Under the pieces are notes generated by a model. The model was not told where the DNA came from and made no database searches. It was given only the letters and a program-made list of their open reading frames with translations. Position numbers and translations under genes: made by a program. Source: Chiloscyllium plagiosum (Eukaryota). From it: a stretch of 64,000 nt of DNA. Positions 37,544 to 50,086 of this stretch are shown piece by piece; within the stretch, counting starts at the first letter, position 1, and every line of letters starts with the position of its first letter. The stretch covers positions 61,749,956-61,813,955 of the forward strand of contig NC_057728.1 of assembly GCF_004010195.1 (NCBI RefSeq). Direction: 5' to 3'.

Positions 37544-38559
37544 CCCTGAGGAGACAGAAGAGATACGTTTTATATTTAAAATATAAAAGCCGAAAGATGC
37601 TGTGAGTCAGGCGAAAATACAAATTGCTGTAAAAGGTTAGTATATCTGGTAGCATTTGTGGAGAGAAACCAGTTAATGTTTCTTTTCCCCTTCTGTCTCT
37701 TGGCTTTTAGAGGGTTTTTTTAAAAGCAAAAGTATTTGCTCGCTTTGGCAAGCAGCAGTTGTGGGCACTTTCCTTTCAGTTTAGTCGGTGTTTTTGCGTA
37801 AGTTGACAGGGGATCCCTGGGCAGGCAGTTATCGTGTCTTGTAGTTATTGCTGGTCCAATTATTGGGTTATCCCTGACCCAGTGGACTTTATTGTGCACG
37901 CGTTAATACGCGTCCAGGGGATAAGCCAGAGCTACCTTTTTCCGAAGTCCTTTCGAGGGACTCGGGAGAGAGAGAGATCCGCAAATGTGTGCAGTAAGCT
38001 TCACGTGGAAAAAAGTTGAATCTTCATTCGATAATATTGATACTGCTATGCTTTTACTCCTAACACCACAACATGAATGTTTCGAAGGAGGAATTGGTGT
38101 ATCAAATGTACTACTGAGTGTAAGGAGAGGTGTTATGTTTTCATTTCATTGTATATTAGTGTACTTGACTGGGACGGGTAGAATGTTCAGTGGACACTGT
38201 TCCCGGAACCTCTCCCATGCTGTATGGTAACGAGCTCCGAATAAAGATTAACGTGCTGCTGGGCAGGATCGGAGACTGTTCTTTGACATCTCGCACCCTC
38301 CAACAATTAGTGTCGTTTGCTAGGCCCGCACTTATTACACATCTTGAATTGTCCAGAAGGCTGGACAAGAGCTGCCTGCATTGCTGTAGGTCTGGAATCA
38401 CATGTTGGGCAGACCAGAGAAGTGATTGTCTTCTATAACGAGCATTAGTGAACCAGACAGGTTTTTTTCCTTGATTGACCAATGATTTCATGGTGGTCAT
38501 TAGACTCTTAATGCCAGATTTTTATTGCATTTAGATTGCACTATCTGCCATGATAGTGT

Positions 38560-39872
38560 AATGGTGCAGGGTTACATTTCAGACTGGAGGCCTGTGACCA
38601 GTGGTGTGCCACAAGGGATTGTTGCTGGGTCTATTGGGGTTTTTTTGGTCATTTACGTAGATGATTTGGATGTGAACAGAGGAGGTACAGTAAGTTTGCA
38701 GGTGATGCCAAAATTGGAGGTATAATGGATAGCGAAGAAGGTTACCTCCAGAGTACAATGGGGTCTTGACCAAAAGGCTCATTCCCGAAATGTCGATTCT
38801 CCTCCTTGGATGCTGCCTGACTTGCGCTTTTCCAGCAAAACATTTTCGGCTCTGATCTCTAGCGGCTGCAGTCCTCACTTTCTCCTCTTGATCAAAAGGG
38901 CCAATGGGCTAAGGAGTAGCAGATAGAATTTAATTTAGATAAACGTGAGGTGCTGCAGTTTGGAAAGGTGAATCGGCAGGACTTATACACTCAATGGTAA
39001 GGTTCTGGGAAGTGTTGCTGAACAAACTCCTTGGAATGCAGGTTCATTGTTTATTGAAAGTGGAGTCAAAGGTAGATATGGTAGTGAAGGCAGGGTTTGG
39101 TATAATTAAGTAGTCAAAGCATTGAGAACAGCAGTTAGGTGATGTTGTGGCTGTACAGGACACTGGTTAGGTCCATATTGGAATACTGTGCAATTCTAGT
39201 CCCCCTGCTATAGGAAGGTAATTGTGAAACTAGGAAAAAGTTCAGAACAGATTTACAAAGGATTTGAGCTGTGGGGAAAAGATATCTAGACCTAGAGTGC
39301 CAGAGGCTGAGGAGTGACCTTTTTATATAGATTTATAAAATCAGGAGATGCATGAATAGGGTAGATAGAAAAGTCTTTTCCCTGGAGTAGGGGGAGTCCA
39401 AAATTAGGGCATAGGTTGAAGGTGACGGGCAAGATTTAAAAGGGACCTAAGGGCAATGTTCTCACAGGGTGGTGTGTGTTTGGAATGAGCTGCCAGAGGA
39501 AGTGTTGGAGGCTGGTACAATTATAGCAGTTAAAAGGCATCTGGATGAGTACATTAATAGGAAAGGTTTAGAGAGAAATGAATTGAAGAGTGATGAATCC
39601 CGATGTAGGGATTATGCTCAAAATGTCGATTCGCCTGCTCCTCGGATACTGCCTGACCGGTTGTGCTTTTCCAGCACCCCATTCTTCAACTCCTATCCCT
39701 CTAAACCTTTCCTATTGATATACCCCTCCAGATGCCTTCTCTGCAGTCCTCACTTTCTCCTTTTTACAGGGATATGGCCCAAATGTTGGCAAATAGGACT
39801 GGATTAATTTAGGATATCTGATTGGCATGGGTGAATTAGAGCAAAGGATCTGTTTCTGCTTTATATCTGACT
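38560..39872 (+). mobile_element. CR1 LINE 3' part with small PLE-derived inserts
   Basis: [22 protein letters not shown]; VCVWNELPEEVLEAGTIIAVKRHLDEY. Confidence 0.9.
38778..38885 (+). mobile_element. PLE pLTR 3'-end insert (43331 family) with a 14-bp near-perfect TSD
   Basis: TSD TCTTGACCAAAAGG (38764) / TCTTGATCAAAAGG (38886). Begins inside the hammerhead helix II (cccgaaatgtcgattctcc). Confidence 0.8.
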
Positions 39873-40269
39873 TTATGGCAGGGTTTGCACCCAGGTCCAC
39901 AATATTACCTGAATCTATGGATTAATCATATGAGCATACCAACTAGGCTATCGCATCCCCTTTACATAAGTTATTGGACTTTACACTAGTTTTTAACCTG
40001 AATGTCCAAACTTTTAGATTATGACATTTAATAATTGGCAGTATGTATTTCATATACAATGCAGGTTAGTTGCGACGCTATAAATCAAAAATGTTTTCCT
40101 GGTTTACATTGTTCTCAATGAAATTTGCATAAAGTCAAGCTAAGAATACTTTGTTATACTGGTGTTTAAAAATTTACTGAATACAAATTGCATTTAAAAT
40201 TTGAAGAAGCTTTAAAGACCACGCAGAAGAAATTTGCCAAATTTATACCTGGAATGAAGCACTTCGGTT

Positions 40270-40830
40270 ATAGAGTCATAGATGTACAGCATGGAAATAG
40301 ACCCTTCCATCTAACTCCATGCTGACCAGATATCCTAAATTAATCTAATCCCATTTGCCAGCACCTGTCATTCTATGCACGCACCACTCTCCGTGGAAAA
40401 AGTTGCACCGTAGGTTCCTTTTAAACTTTCCCCTCTCTCAACCTATGCCTTGGAGTTCTGGATTCCCCTGCCCCAGGGAAAAGACCTTGTCTATTTACCC
40501 TATCCATGCCCCTCATGATTTTGTAAACTTCTAAGGTCACCCCTCAGCCTCTGATGCTCCAGAGAAAACAGCCCCAGTTTATTCAGCCTCTCCCTATCGC
40601 CCAAATCCTCAACCTTGGCAACATCCTTGTAAATCTTTTCTGAACCTTTTCAAGTTGCACAATATCCTTCCGATAGGAGGGAGACCAGAATTATGCACAG
40701 TTTTCCAAAAATGGCCTAACCAATGTCCTGTACAACTGCAACATGACCTCCCAACTCCTTTGCTCACCCTGACCAACATATCAAACATTGCCTTCACTAT
40801 CCTGTCTACCTGCGACTCCACTTCCAGTTA
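40270..40830 (-). mobile_element. CR1 3' fragment
   Basis: Reverse complement of the CR1 3' end seen at 62000-62640; tail atagagtcatagatgtacagcatggaaa. Confidence 0.9.
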
Positions 40831-42519
40831 TGTGGAGGTATGAGAGAAGCTTGTATTTGACTTTGAAGCTTATAATGTTAAGGGAGGTTAAATTGGTATT
40901 TAAACTTCCAAAGGATTTTGATAGTGAATGTAAAGAGAGTGTGTTTCTGTTGATAAGAGTATTTATAACAGCATGCAGATATAAGCTAATAAGCAAAAGT
41001 CCCAAATGGGAGCTGAGAAATTTGAGGTTGTTCTTGTGCTAAAGAATGAAACCAAAGCAGATTCAGTGGTAATTTTCAAAAGGCAGAGAGGAGAAACTAC
41101 AGGGCTCTGAGGAACAGGAGAGGAGTGAAATCACCTAGATAGCTCTTTCAAAGAACTGACTAAAAAACATAACCACCTATACTGTAGGATTGTGTAAGAT
41201 CTTCTCAGGATGAATTTAGGAAGCAAATTCCCCAGTACAGTACTTGAGGGGTGGCCACATAAGTAGAGTAAAAGGAGGAAATGCTTGAATTCTCAAATCT
41301 TCTGGTTGATGTTTTTCATGCAATAGGGTCAGAGAAGCTTGCAGTGAGAGTTAGGGGCAGAGTTGTGAAGGAATTTAAGTACAAAACATTTTAAATATTC
41401 ATAAGGACAATAAGTGTTTGGTGCAAGAGTTTAGCTGGTTTAATATGAAAGACTTGAGTCCCTTCACAAGAGCATTGTCACAAAACTAGGTCATCTGTTC
41501 TCTGGTGATTTGGCAGCATCTCTGTTGCAAAGTCCATTTACTAATAGCTAGGCACTTATACCCAAATTGGCAGAGCTATCTGATAGACTATGGAGAAACA
41601 ACTAGGCTAAGTCTTGAAGGCATAATTCCATTTGACTATGCTTCAAACCAGTGCGCTCAAGTCACATTGCTATGCAGCTGTTCCATGGTTCAATTTTTGT
41701 CAATGCATTGATTTTCAGTTTCAAAAGTTGCTGAACTCGTGCAAGACAACAAAGCAGTTTGGTTCAGACATGATTATCACTGCGTATGTCCTGTGCCACT
41801 ACATGTGTGGCACATGTAGTGTGAGCAAGGTGTCCCAAGAGTAGAATGTGAACTCTAGATCTAATGAAGTCCTGTGGTATCAGGTTAAACATGGGCATAG
41901 AAGCATCCTTATGGTTCCCATTTACTAGAACCCTTCGGTTGATTGTTTTTTCTCTCACTGTTGAGCACCACTTGGAAAGTGCCTTGAGAGTTTCAAGGGC
42001 ATGAACGAGCTCTGTCCAAAGACCATTGTCGAGCTTGGTAGCACAACTACTGGCCCCATCCTGAAAGGCACAGACTGCTTGACTAGACCTGCAGCAGATG
42101 CTGGAGAGTCAGTGTGGAACTGGAAAAGCTTTTCCACTGCCTCACTTCTCGGCTCTCACTTCCTCTTGCAGCAGATAGATGAAGGAATTGATGCGAGTGG
42201 TAAACCTACTTAACCTCTTGATTTTTCCATATACTTGTTGTAAATGCATATGACCATGATAGTATTGGTTTGCATAACATTTACATAGTCCTTGTAGAGA
42301 TATAGTCCTGCCTTTACATTGAGAGTGCCTTTCCATCATGTCATGTAGCATTACACTTTGCTGTATGGGAGAGATTTTGAGCAGATCTAGCAACAGAAGG
42401 CTGTACTTCCTTAAGGCACTATGGTCGATTAGCTGACGTTGGATTGTACTCCGCTATCATCTGTAACCTGAGGTGGCATATCTAAACAGTAGTGTTACTA
42501 CGAAGTCAGGGGATTGCCC

Positions 42520-43316
42520 AGATTCAATGAAATACACAGGCATGTCAAGAACAGCAGCAGGCCTACCTAAAAGTGAGGTGTCAACCTGGTAAAACAACTG
42601 TGGAAGAGTACTTGAATAGCAACAGCATATGATAGAGCTAAGCAATCACGCATCCAGTAATACCAGTTGTAAGGTCTGCAGTCCTGCCACATTAATTGGC
42701 GCACAATTAAACCGCTCACTGGAGGAAGTGGATCTGCAAATATCTCCATTGTAAACGAAATGGAGCCAAGGACATCAATGCTAAAGATGTGGTTCAAGCA
42801 TTTGCCAGCATCTTCAGTCCGTGTCAGTGGACTGTCCATCATGGCCTCCTGAGGTTGCTAGACTTCTACCAATTCTATTGACTGTTTGATATTAAGTAGC
42901 TAACAGAACTGTATACTAAAGTTATGGACCCAAAGGGCTGGATGATGGCATTGTCAGTGCTGTCAAGTGGCACTCTCTCGACAATAACCTGTTCATTACT
43001 CTTGTTTGAGTTCCATCATATTTGTTCAGTTCCTGATCTCATTATAGCCTTGGCTGAGACTTAGAGGAAAAAGCTGAAGTCGAGGGGAAGTGAGGATTAC
43101 TGCCCTTGACTTCAGGGTAGCATTTGACCATGTGTCATTGAGGATCACTAGCAAAACTGGACTTGATGCAAGTTGGAAGGATGACTGTCTGCTGTTGGAA
43201 TCATAGCTAATGGCAAATATGGTTTTAACTTTTGGACTCTGGTCTAATAATGCAAGTACACCCAACAGCTCCATAAGGCTTCTCAACATAACCACCTTGG
43301 AGAGTTAGGAGTGGGT
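42520..43316 (+). mobile_element. Decayed L2/CR1-group LINE fragments
   Basis: TALDFRVAFDHV remnant near 43098; same family as 9425. Confidence 0.55.
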
Positions 43317-43330
43317 AATACATTGGCTAG

Positions 43331-43548
43331 TGCTGAAAGTATGTTGCTGGAAAAGCGCAGCAGGTCAGGCAGCATCCAAGGAACAGGAGAATCGACGTTT
43401 CGGGCATAAGCCCTTCAGGAAATTTCCTGAAGAAGGGCTTATGTCTGAAACGTCGATTCTCCTGTTCCTTAGATGCTGCCTGGCCGCTTTTCCAGCAACA
43501 CATTTTCAGCTCTGATCTCCAGCATCTGCAGTCCTCACTTTCTCCTCC
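43331..43548. mobile_element. 218-bp palindromic PLE-derived hammerhead unit with a perfect 14-bp TSD
   Basis: TSD AATACATTGGCTAG at 43317-43330 and 43549-43562. 43332-43422 is the reverse complement of 43423-43510. Confidence 0.9.
43422..43459 (+). ncRNA. Minimal hammerhead ribozyme motif
   Basis: CUGAAGA-A-GGGC-UUAU-GUCU-GAAAC-GUC; the mirror arm keeps the ancestral helix II GGGC/GCCC. Confidence 0.72.
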
Positions 43549-45596
43549 AATACATTGGCTAGGCCAACATATCCTACAAATAGTGTGCTGAGGCTAAAGC
43601 AAAGATTAGCGATTGTTAGAGGTACATGTAGGCAGTTGCATAATAATCAGTAGTTCACCTCGATCAAGCATTGAAGGACTTCAAAGGGAAAATGGAGACT
43701 CATGATGGAGTGATTAGTTTTCACTGAGATGGGAGTATGGTTTAAATACACATTAGCAGTAGAGAAAGTCTCTTACCTTTCAGCTGTGATTAAATGATTT
43801 GCAGTTTTCAAAAAATTTCATAGCACGGAATGTACCTTTTGAACCTATATTTCTAAGACTTCATTTTTATGACTTGATGTCATATGGATTAGTAGAGTTT
43901 GGAACCTGTCTTTTTTTTTTCCTCTGCTTTCTCTTTGCTATAACCCCCATGTCCTTTTGTAAATTTGAGCTCATTTGGATTCTTTATTGCAGAGAGAAAT
44001 GAAAAGCTCATGCTTAGTCCAAGGTGACTGAAATTAATCAGATTAGCTTCCCTTAGATTCTGATGAGCCAAAGGTTCAACCAGTTGATGATTTAATGTGC
44101 TGAGCTGTCAGGGTGATATTTTAAAATAACGTGCTAGTGGTGTCAGAGTTTCCTTAAGTTCTTTTTGGCCAGTCAGAAATAAGTTTGTAGATTATAGCGC
44201 AGGTTTGTTTTGCAAAACTTTATTTACTTTGTCTAATGGGAGAAAAAGCAATTAACTAGTGTATATAGCAAATTATAAACTTTGGAGGAACTTTTAAGTG
44301 ATAATTAAAGTAATCAATTTTTAAAAAGTTGCTATCCATAAAATCAACTCCTAATTTTGTCTTCCCTTTGGACTTTGAATTATAATGTTCCAGAATCTAA
44401 GCTCCTTTGGTTGAGAATATGAATTCCCTTTCTCAATCTTGTTTCCAAAAATGCTGAAAAGGAGTGTTTTTGGAGGATCCACTCACATTTTGGGTGGCCA
44501 CAGCCATTTTGAACCTTTTTTTGTCATGTACTTGTCATACAGTACCCAATAAAGGTGTTGTCTGCATTTTGATATTGTGCCTCTGATAACTAAATCCAAT
44601 AACATTTTAATCAACCTGGTCAGCTATGAAATGACACACATCCTGAACATGGACCTTTTTTGGTCAGCAAGAGGGATACTACCACAAGCACTGTCAAAGT
44701 GCTATTTTTTTCATGGTGGTTACTGTTTACATCCTCGTAATAAAACATACACTTATTAATCAGTCAGTTTGGTGGTTTCCCTGTTTTTTTCGCCAACAGA
44801 TTTTGGCACCGCTTCCCTAATCAAAGATATTTCAAAGATTATGATTAGATTCTCCATTTAGTTATTGAGTATTGTTTAATACTTGCTACTTTTTCCACCT
44901 TTTGGCCTAAGTGGTATTTTACTCACGTCCTTTCTTGTCCTCTATCTCGTTCTTCCAAACTGACCATGTCAACACTACATGTTTCTTGGTTACTTCATTC
45001 CTCCATGAGACTTGTCCTTTCTTTGACTCTAATTCAACCCAAACTTCAAGATCCTAAGCTGCTTTTTTAGGTACTATGATTATATTATATTGAAACAGCA
45101 TTGCTTGCAAATGAAAAACAATTTAATGTTTCAATAGATATCTTACAAATGGTATAAAAACTTTGGCCAGTGTAAAATTTGTTTCAAATTGACAGTCAGT
45201 TGAACATTAGATTGTAATTTATATATAAATACATAATTGGTTAATTCTTTTTGAGTTAACAAGAAGGATATGCACTGTTTCATTATGATTTTTGACAAGC
45301 TGAGTGAGCCTATATTAACCTGGTACATGGAATGAATTCTAACAAAATAGAAAGGGTAGTTGTGGAAAGGAGGTTCTCTGACTTTTGGGGAAGTCCTGAA
45401 TGAGGATATAAGGTAAATCATTTCTTCACCCAGAGAGTGGTGATCTTGTGGATTTTAAATAGTACAGAAAGCAGTTAAGACAAAAGTACTATGATTTCAT
45501 GGAGTTGCGTATAGCACTTGGGGCTAAAGGGATCAAAGAACATGGGGGGGGGGTGGGGGGTAAGCAAAAACAGACTGTTGAGTTGGATCATCATGA

Positions 45597-45830
45597 ACAG
45601 CAGTGGCTCAGTGGTTAACACTGCTGCCTCATAGTGTCAGGGACCCAGGTATGATTCCACCTTCTGCTGACCGTTGTGTGCGGAGTTTGAGTATTCTGCT
45701 TATGTTCTGCCATGGTGTCCAGGGACGTGTAAGTTATTTGGATTAGCCATGGCCATTGCAGAATAGTGGAGATTGATTCCACACAACTTAAGGGCTGAAT
45801 GGCTTGCTTCCATGTTGTAGGGAATCTATG
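45597..45830 (+). mobile_element. Degenerate HE1-type SINE
   Basis: gtggctcagtggttaacactgctgcctc...gggacccagg...tgtagggaatctatg. Confidence 0.75.
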
Positions 45831-46880
45831 ATGTTAGGTTAATCTCCCCTTCGTCTTTTCTTCTTCTCTCTCTCTCTTTCTCCCCCCCCTCCCCCCAAAC
45901 AATGAGCTGTCAAGTAGCCTTACACATGCTACTTACACAGGGAAAAGCCATTTCAGCATTTAGCTTCAAGACCCTGGGAGCAATTGCTGCTGAAACCTAA
46001 GACTAAAAATTCTGGTACTGGGAGCTTTACCTGAACCATTCAGGCTGCTTCTATTGTTACAAGGCTTCACAGGCTGTCTACTTTATTAGCTCTGAGTAGA
46101 CTGCTCATCGCCTCTGACCTTTTTTTTTGAAAAAGACAATTTAAAGCCACAGTATTGTTACAATAAGATGTGGGAAAAATAAGGGGTTATGCGCTTTGTT
46201 CTGCAGCTTTCTGCAGTCTTTCAAGTCAAAGGAATTTGGGGGTGGTCATGCATAAATATCTTCAAACTAGCACTCTATTTCAGATCATATGAAAGGCAAA
46301 TAGGCGATTGGCCATTATTTTAAAGGTAATGGAGAATAAAAATAAGGATTGAGAGTATAAAATTTAGATATCAAATCTGGAATATTGTTGGAGAAACTCC
46401 ACAGATGACAGCATTTGTGAAGAGATAAACAGTAAATGTTTATAGTCTGCTATGACGCTTCTCCAGAACGGACAGTGAAGGAAGAGCAAGGGAGCAGATG
46501 GATAAAAATAGAGAAATCCTATGTGAGACATGAATGAGAACACAGGAGAAGGCAAGTTCAAGATCTGTTTTAGGCTTTGGCTTCTTTACTGTTTGTGTAT
46601 TAATAATGTATGTAACTGCACATGGTGATCAACTACACAAGGCTACTGCACCTATTATTATTAACATGAGATTATTCTCTTCCTGCACTTCTTTCAATCT
46701 CCAATTCTGCGCACACCATACTTACAAAAATCTCAAAGGGATTGGTTCCAAGCCATCATTGCAGTGTAGTTTTAAAGTCCAAAAGCTATTACCCAACACT
46801 AAATCATTAAGGTTGTAAAATTTTGTTTACTGGCTCCAGTAACACAATAATTTTTAAGTTGGATAAAATTCTAAAAGTAT

Positions 46881-47661
46881 TGTGGATGTAGATATGTTTG
46901 AGTTGGAAAGATTATTTTCAGATGTTTCGTTACCGTACTAATTAACATCAGTGACCCTCCGGATGAAGCACTGGTGGCATAGCCTACTTTCTATTTGTGT
47001 TTTAGGTTTCCTTGGGTTTGTGATGCCTTTTCCTGTTTTTTTTTCCCCTCAGGGGATGGTAAGTGGGATCCCACTTAATGTGTTTATTAATAGAGTTCCA
47101 GTTGGAATGTTATCCTTCTAAGAATTCTTGTGCGTGTCTGTTTGGCTTGCCTAGGATGGATGTGTTGTCCCAAAGTGGTGACCTTCCTAATCTGTATGTA
47201 AGGATATGAGTGAGTAAGTCATGTCTTTGTGGCTAGTTGATGACATTAGTTTTACTTTTTGTCTGTACACGAAACATGACCAGAAACCCTAGCCACTCTC
47301 TCCTACAAAGACATCGTTGAAATGACTGCCAGACCACTCAAACCTCTTGCCATCATGGTAGCCCACAAACCAACCAGTACACTAAAACTGCAGCTAATGA
47401 ACTTGAAAGACCGTATACAGACAACAAGCAAAACTAATGTTACTTACAGTTCTTGCAAGGTTGTTTGTAACACACTACATTGGACAAACAGGCAGAAAAC
47501 TATCCACCAGGATACATGAACATCAACTAGCCACAAAAAGACATGACCCACTAAACATAGAAAGCGGTCCATCTGGAAGCTCACTGATATTACCTAGTAT
47601 GGTGATGAAACGTCTGAAAACGAATCTTCCAAATCGGCGAGCAAATCTTTGCAAAACTCGC
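46881..47661. mobile_element. Penelope-like element with inverted structure; 12-bp TSD
   Basis: TSD TTCTAAAAGTAT at 46869-46880 and 47662-47673. Left part is pLTR/EN on minus; right part is on plus (HYIGQTGRKLSTRIHEHQLATKRHDPL). Degenerate hammerheads at ~46918-46955 (-) and 47581-47617 (+). Confidence 0.88.
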
Positions 47662-48892
47662 TTCTAAAAGTATGTTTTAGGATATTCCAAAAACATGCCA
47701 TGTCCCCATGGGAATAGACTGTTGGAAATGATTGGTTCTTTCGTTAAATTATGGGGCTGTTCACTCCAAAAGCAATTTATTCACAGGCTGAGCTCTGGCA
47801 ATCTGCAGATCCCTCAGATGAGAGCCAAAGCTTGTCAGGTCTGCAGCGGAGTTGAGAAAGTAATAACATCGTTCTGTGTGGAATGCAGGTGGAGGTATAA
47901 TTTTTTTTTCCAGATTTTTGAAGGAAAAACCGCTCAAATGTACTATGGCCTGCATTCAGTAGAAGTAATCCAGTGGACCTCTGGAGCCCTGTGCCAAAGA
48001 AAACAATCAATAGAATTGTCTGGAAAGTACCAAGAAGGCAATTGTGACAAGTGACTGATGCATAAACACCAAGTCATATTTGAGAGAATAGCTGGAATTG
48101 AAAATTGTGGCTCAACAGAAGTAAATAACATTAAGACTTCAAAGTACTAGACAATTCTAGTAGTACACAGCAGCCAAACAGGCCCTTTGGCCCAACTCCT
48201 CCATGTCAATTGCAGGCAGATGAAGGAGCAAGCAATAAGACTGAATGTAGTTGTCTTTTTACATCAATAGTTTTTTTGTTTAGTGAAATCTTATGGTGTC
48301 GTTCATTATTTAAAGGGTGTAAGTTTTTATCTTTTGTATTATGGACTGTTAATATTTAATTTGTTTTAATACAGAACATGATTTTGTACACAAGCAATGT
48401 ATTGGAAATGTGAAATAAAAACAAACTTTTGGAGGTAGTGACCATATTGGCTTTGCTAAAAGGTCATCCACCTGAAACGTTAAGTTTTTCCTCTCTGCAT
48501 AGATACTACCAACTGAGTATTTCAAGCATTTCTTGATTTCCTTTAATTGCAGCAAGTGAGAGCTTTGATTGTCATTCTATCCAGGAGCACTCCTGATGGC
48601 TGTTTTAATTTCCTGCAATCGCACAGTTTTGTCTAAGTAATTGTAATAGATCAATTGACTTTTGTCAGACAGTAGTCACGTCATTCTGTTCAAATATTAA
48701 ATGATTGGCATCTTGGGTATGATTTAAAGGAATGTTTCCTTGAAACTACTTGTTTGAAGATCCTAACTAGGATGGTGAGGAAGGCAGGGCCGCAATTTGC
48801 AGATTTTGATTGATCTGTTAAAGTCACGCTCCACAGGTTGTTTTCCTTTGCTCAGCTCACTTCCTCTGTCTGAACCCAACCAAAATATAAAA

Positions 48893-49195
48893 TCCTAGAA
48901 TCCTGACAATGCAGAAAGAGGCCATTACGCTCATAATATCTGCACCATCCCTCCAAAAATCATCCTGCGCAGGAACTCTACACTTACCCAGGCTAATCCA
49001 CCTGCCCTGCAAATCCCTGGACACTGCAGTGTAATTTTAGCCTGGCCAATCCATCTAATCTTTGTAGTGTGGGAGGAAACTGAAGCACCTGGCAGAAACC
49101 CGCAGAGAACATGCAAACTACACACACGTCACTTGAGGCTCGAATCAAGTCTGGATCCTTGGTGCTAGCGACAGCAGTGCTAACCACAGGATACT
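48893..49195 (-). mobile_element. Degenerate HE1-type SINE
   Basis: Reverse strand gtggttagcactgct...; core tgtgggaggaaac..gcacc. Confidence 0.8.
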
Positions 49196-49996
49196 GTGCT
49201 AGCTACTACTTGAGTTCAAAAGGCAGGAAAAACATCTTATTATTATTTGAGTAATAAGGAATATGTTTTGCTTGTGGGGTTCTGGCTAAAGTTTTATTTT
49301 TTGATTTGTCTTTTAGCTTAAACCATGAATTTAAGCTCCAGGTTACGTGTCTATCCTTCAGAAATTGAGGACACCATGTAACACGTAAAAGTGTAGTAAG
49401 CTGAAGCACATTGATAAGCTTTTCTGTTTGACCCCTGGGTTTTGCTAGACTTTCTTGGATATTAGATAAAAGATACATTCATAGTGTATTATATTTAAAG
49501 ACTGATTTGTGATGCTGCTCCTAAGATTACTTTAAAACATTGTAAATTCCAAAAAAAATTAGTTTTGAGTGAGTCGTCTTTCAGGGCTACCCTTTTAACG
49601 ACTGGGAAGCAATCAGAAACCAGAAGAAAAGAATTGTGTGTGGGGACTTGATTTGCTGAAGAGATTTACCTCTGGAGCAATTCGTGGAGGTGCACTGTGT
49701 CCACCGACAAAGAAGATGCTGCAATTTTCTTGAGACTTTCTCTAAAATCTCTAAATTAGACATGATTTACCTTTCATGACTCTGTTTCATTAGATTATGA
49801 TTTTCCAAATGTTCTGCTGTTTCTAATGATAGATGTTAGGCTAACCTGCTTTGCCTCCATTGAGTTTAGAATAGGGGTGTCACTTGGGATATTCCAGTTC
49901 TCTGGTATGACAGGATATTTGGAAAATGACAGCAAATATGTCAAATACCTATCTAGCTACCTCCTTTTTAGTATCCTCTTAGCAATGTTGTCTTTA

Positions 49997-50086
49997 CTGC
50001 TGAAAAATGTGTTGCTGGAAAAGCGCAGCAGGTCAGGCAGCATCCAAGGAGCAGGAGAATCGATGTTTCGGGCATAAGCCCTTCTT
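49997..50086 (-). mobile_element. PLE pLTR fragment (43331 family)
   Basis: Nearly identical to 43331-43415; stops in the hammerhead core (aagaagggcttatgcccgaaacatcg on minus). Confidence 0.85.

Larger units (their letters stand above)
36550..37620. promoter_or_regulatory. CpG-rich promoter/5'UTR region of ARID2, probably bidirectional
   Basis: CpG and GC content rise sharply over the AT-rich background. Contains GC boxes (ccgccc ~37181), a CRE/ATF-like TTACGTGA (~37085) and a YY1 consensus AAAATGGCGGC on + (~37283). Confidence 0.8.
38305..39960 (-). mobile_element. DeuSINE/SacSINE1-like SINE split by a CR1 insertion (pieces ~38305-38558 and ~39875-39960)
   Basis: Deu-like core cattagtgaaccaga...catggtggtcattagactcttaat. 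The tRNA head (reverse ggggatgcgatagcctagt...) is on the far side of the CR1, and the 3' tail is shared with the L2-group LINE. Confidence 0.65.

Noticed and set aside
37163-37655. Several ORFs in the CpG island
   Set aside because: Products of GC richness and dinucleotide repeats (HTHT, VCVC).
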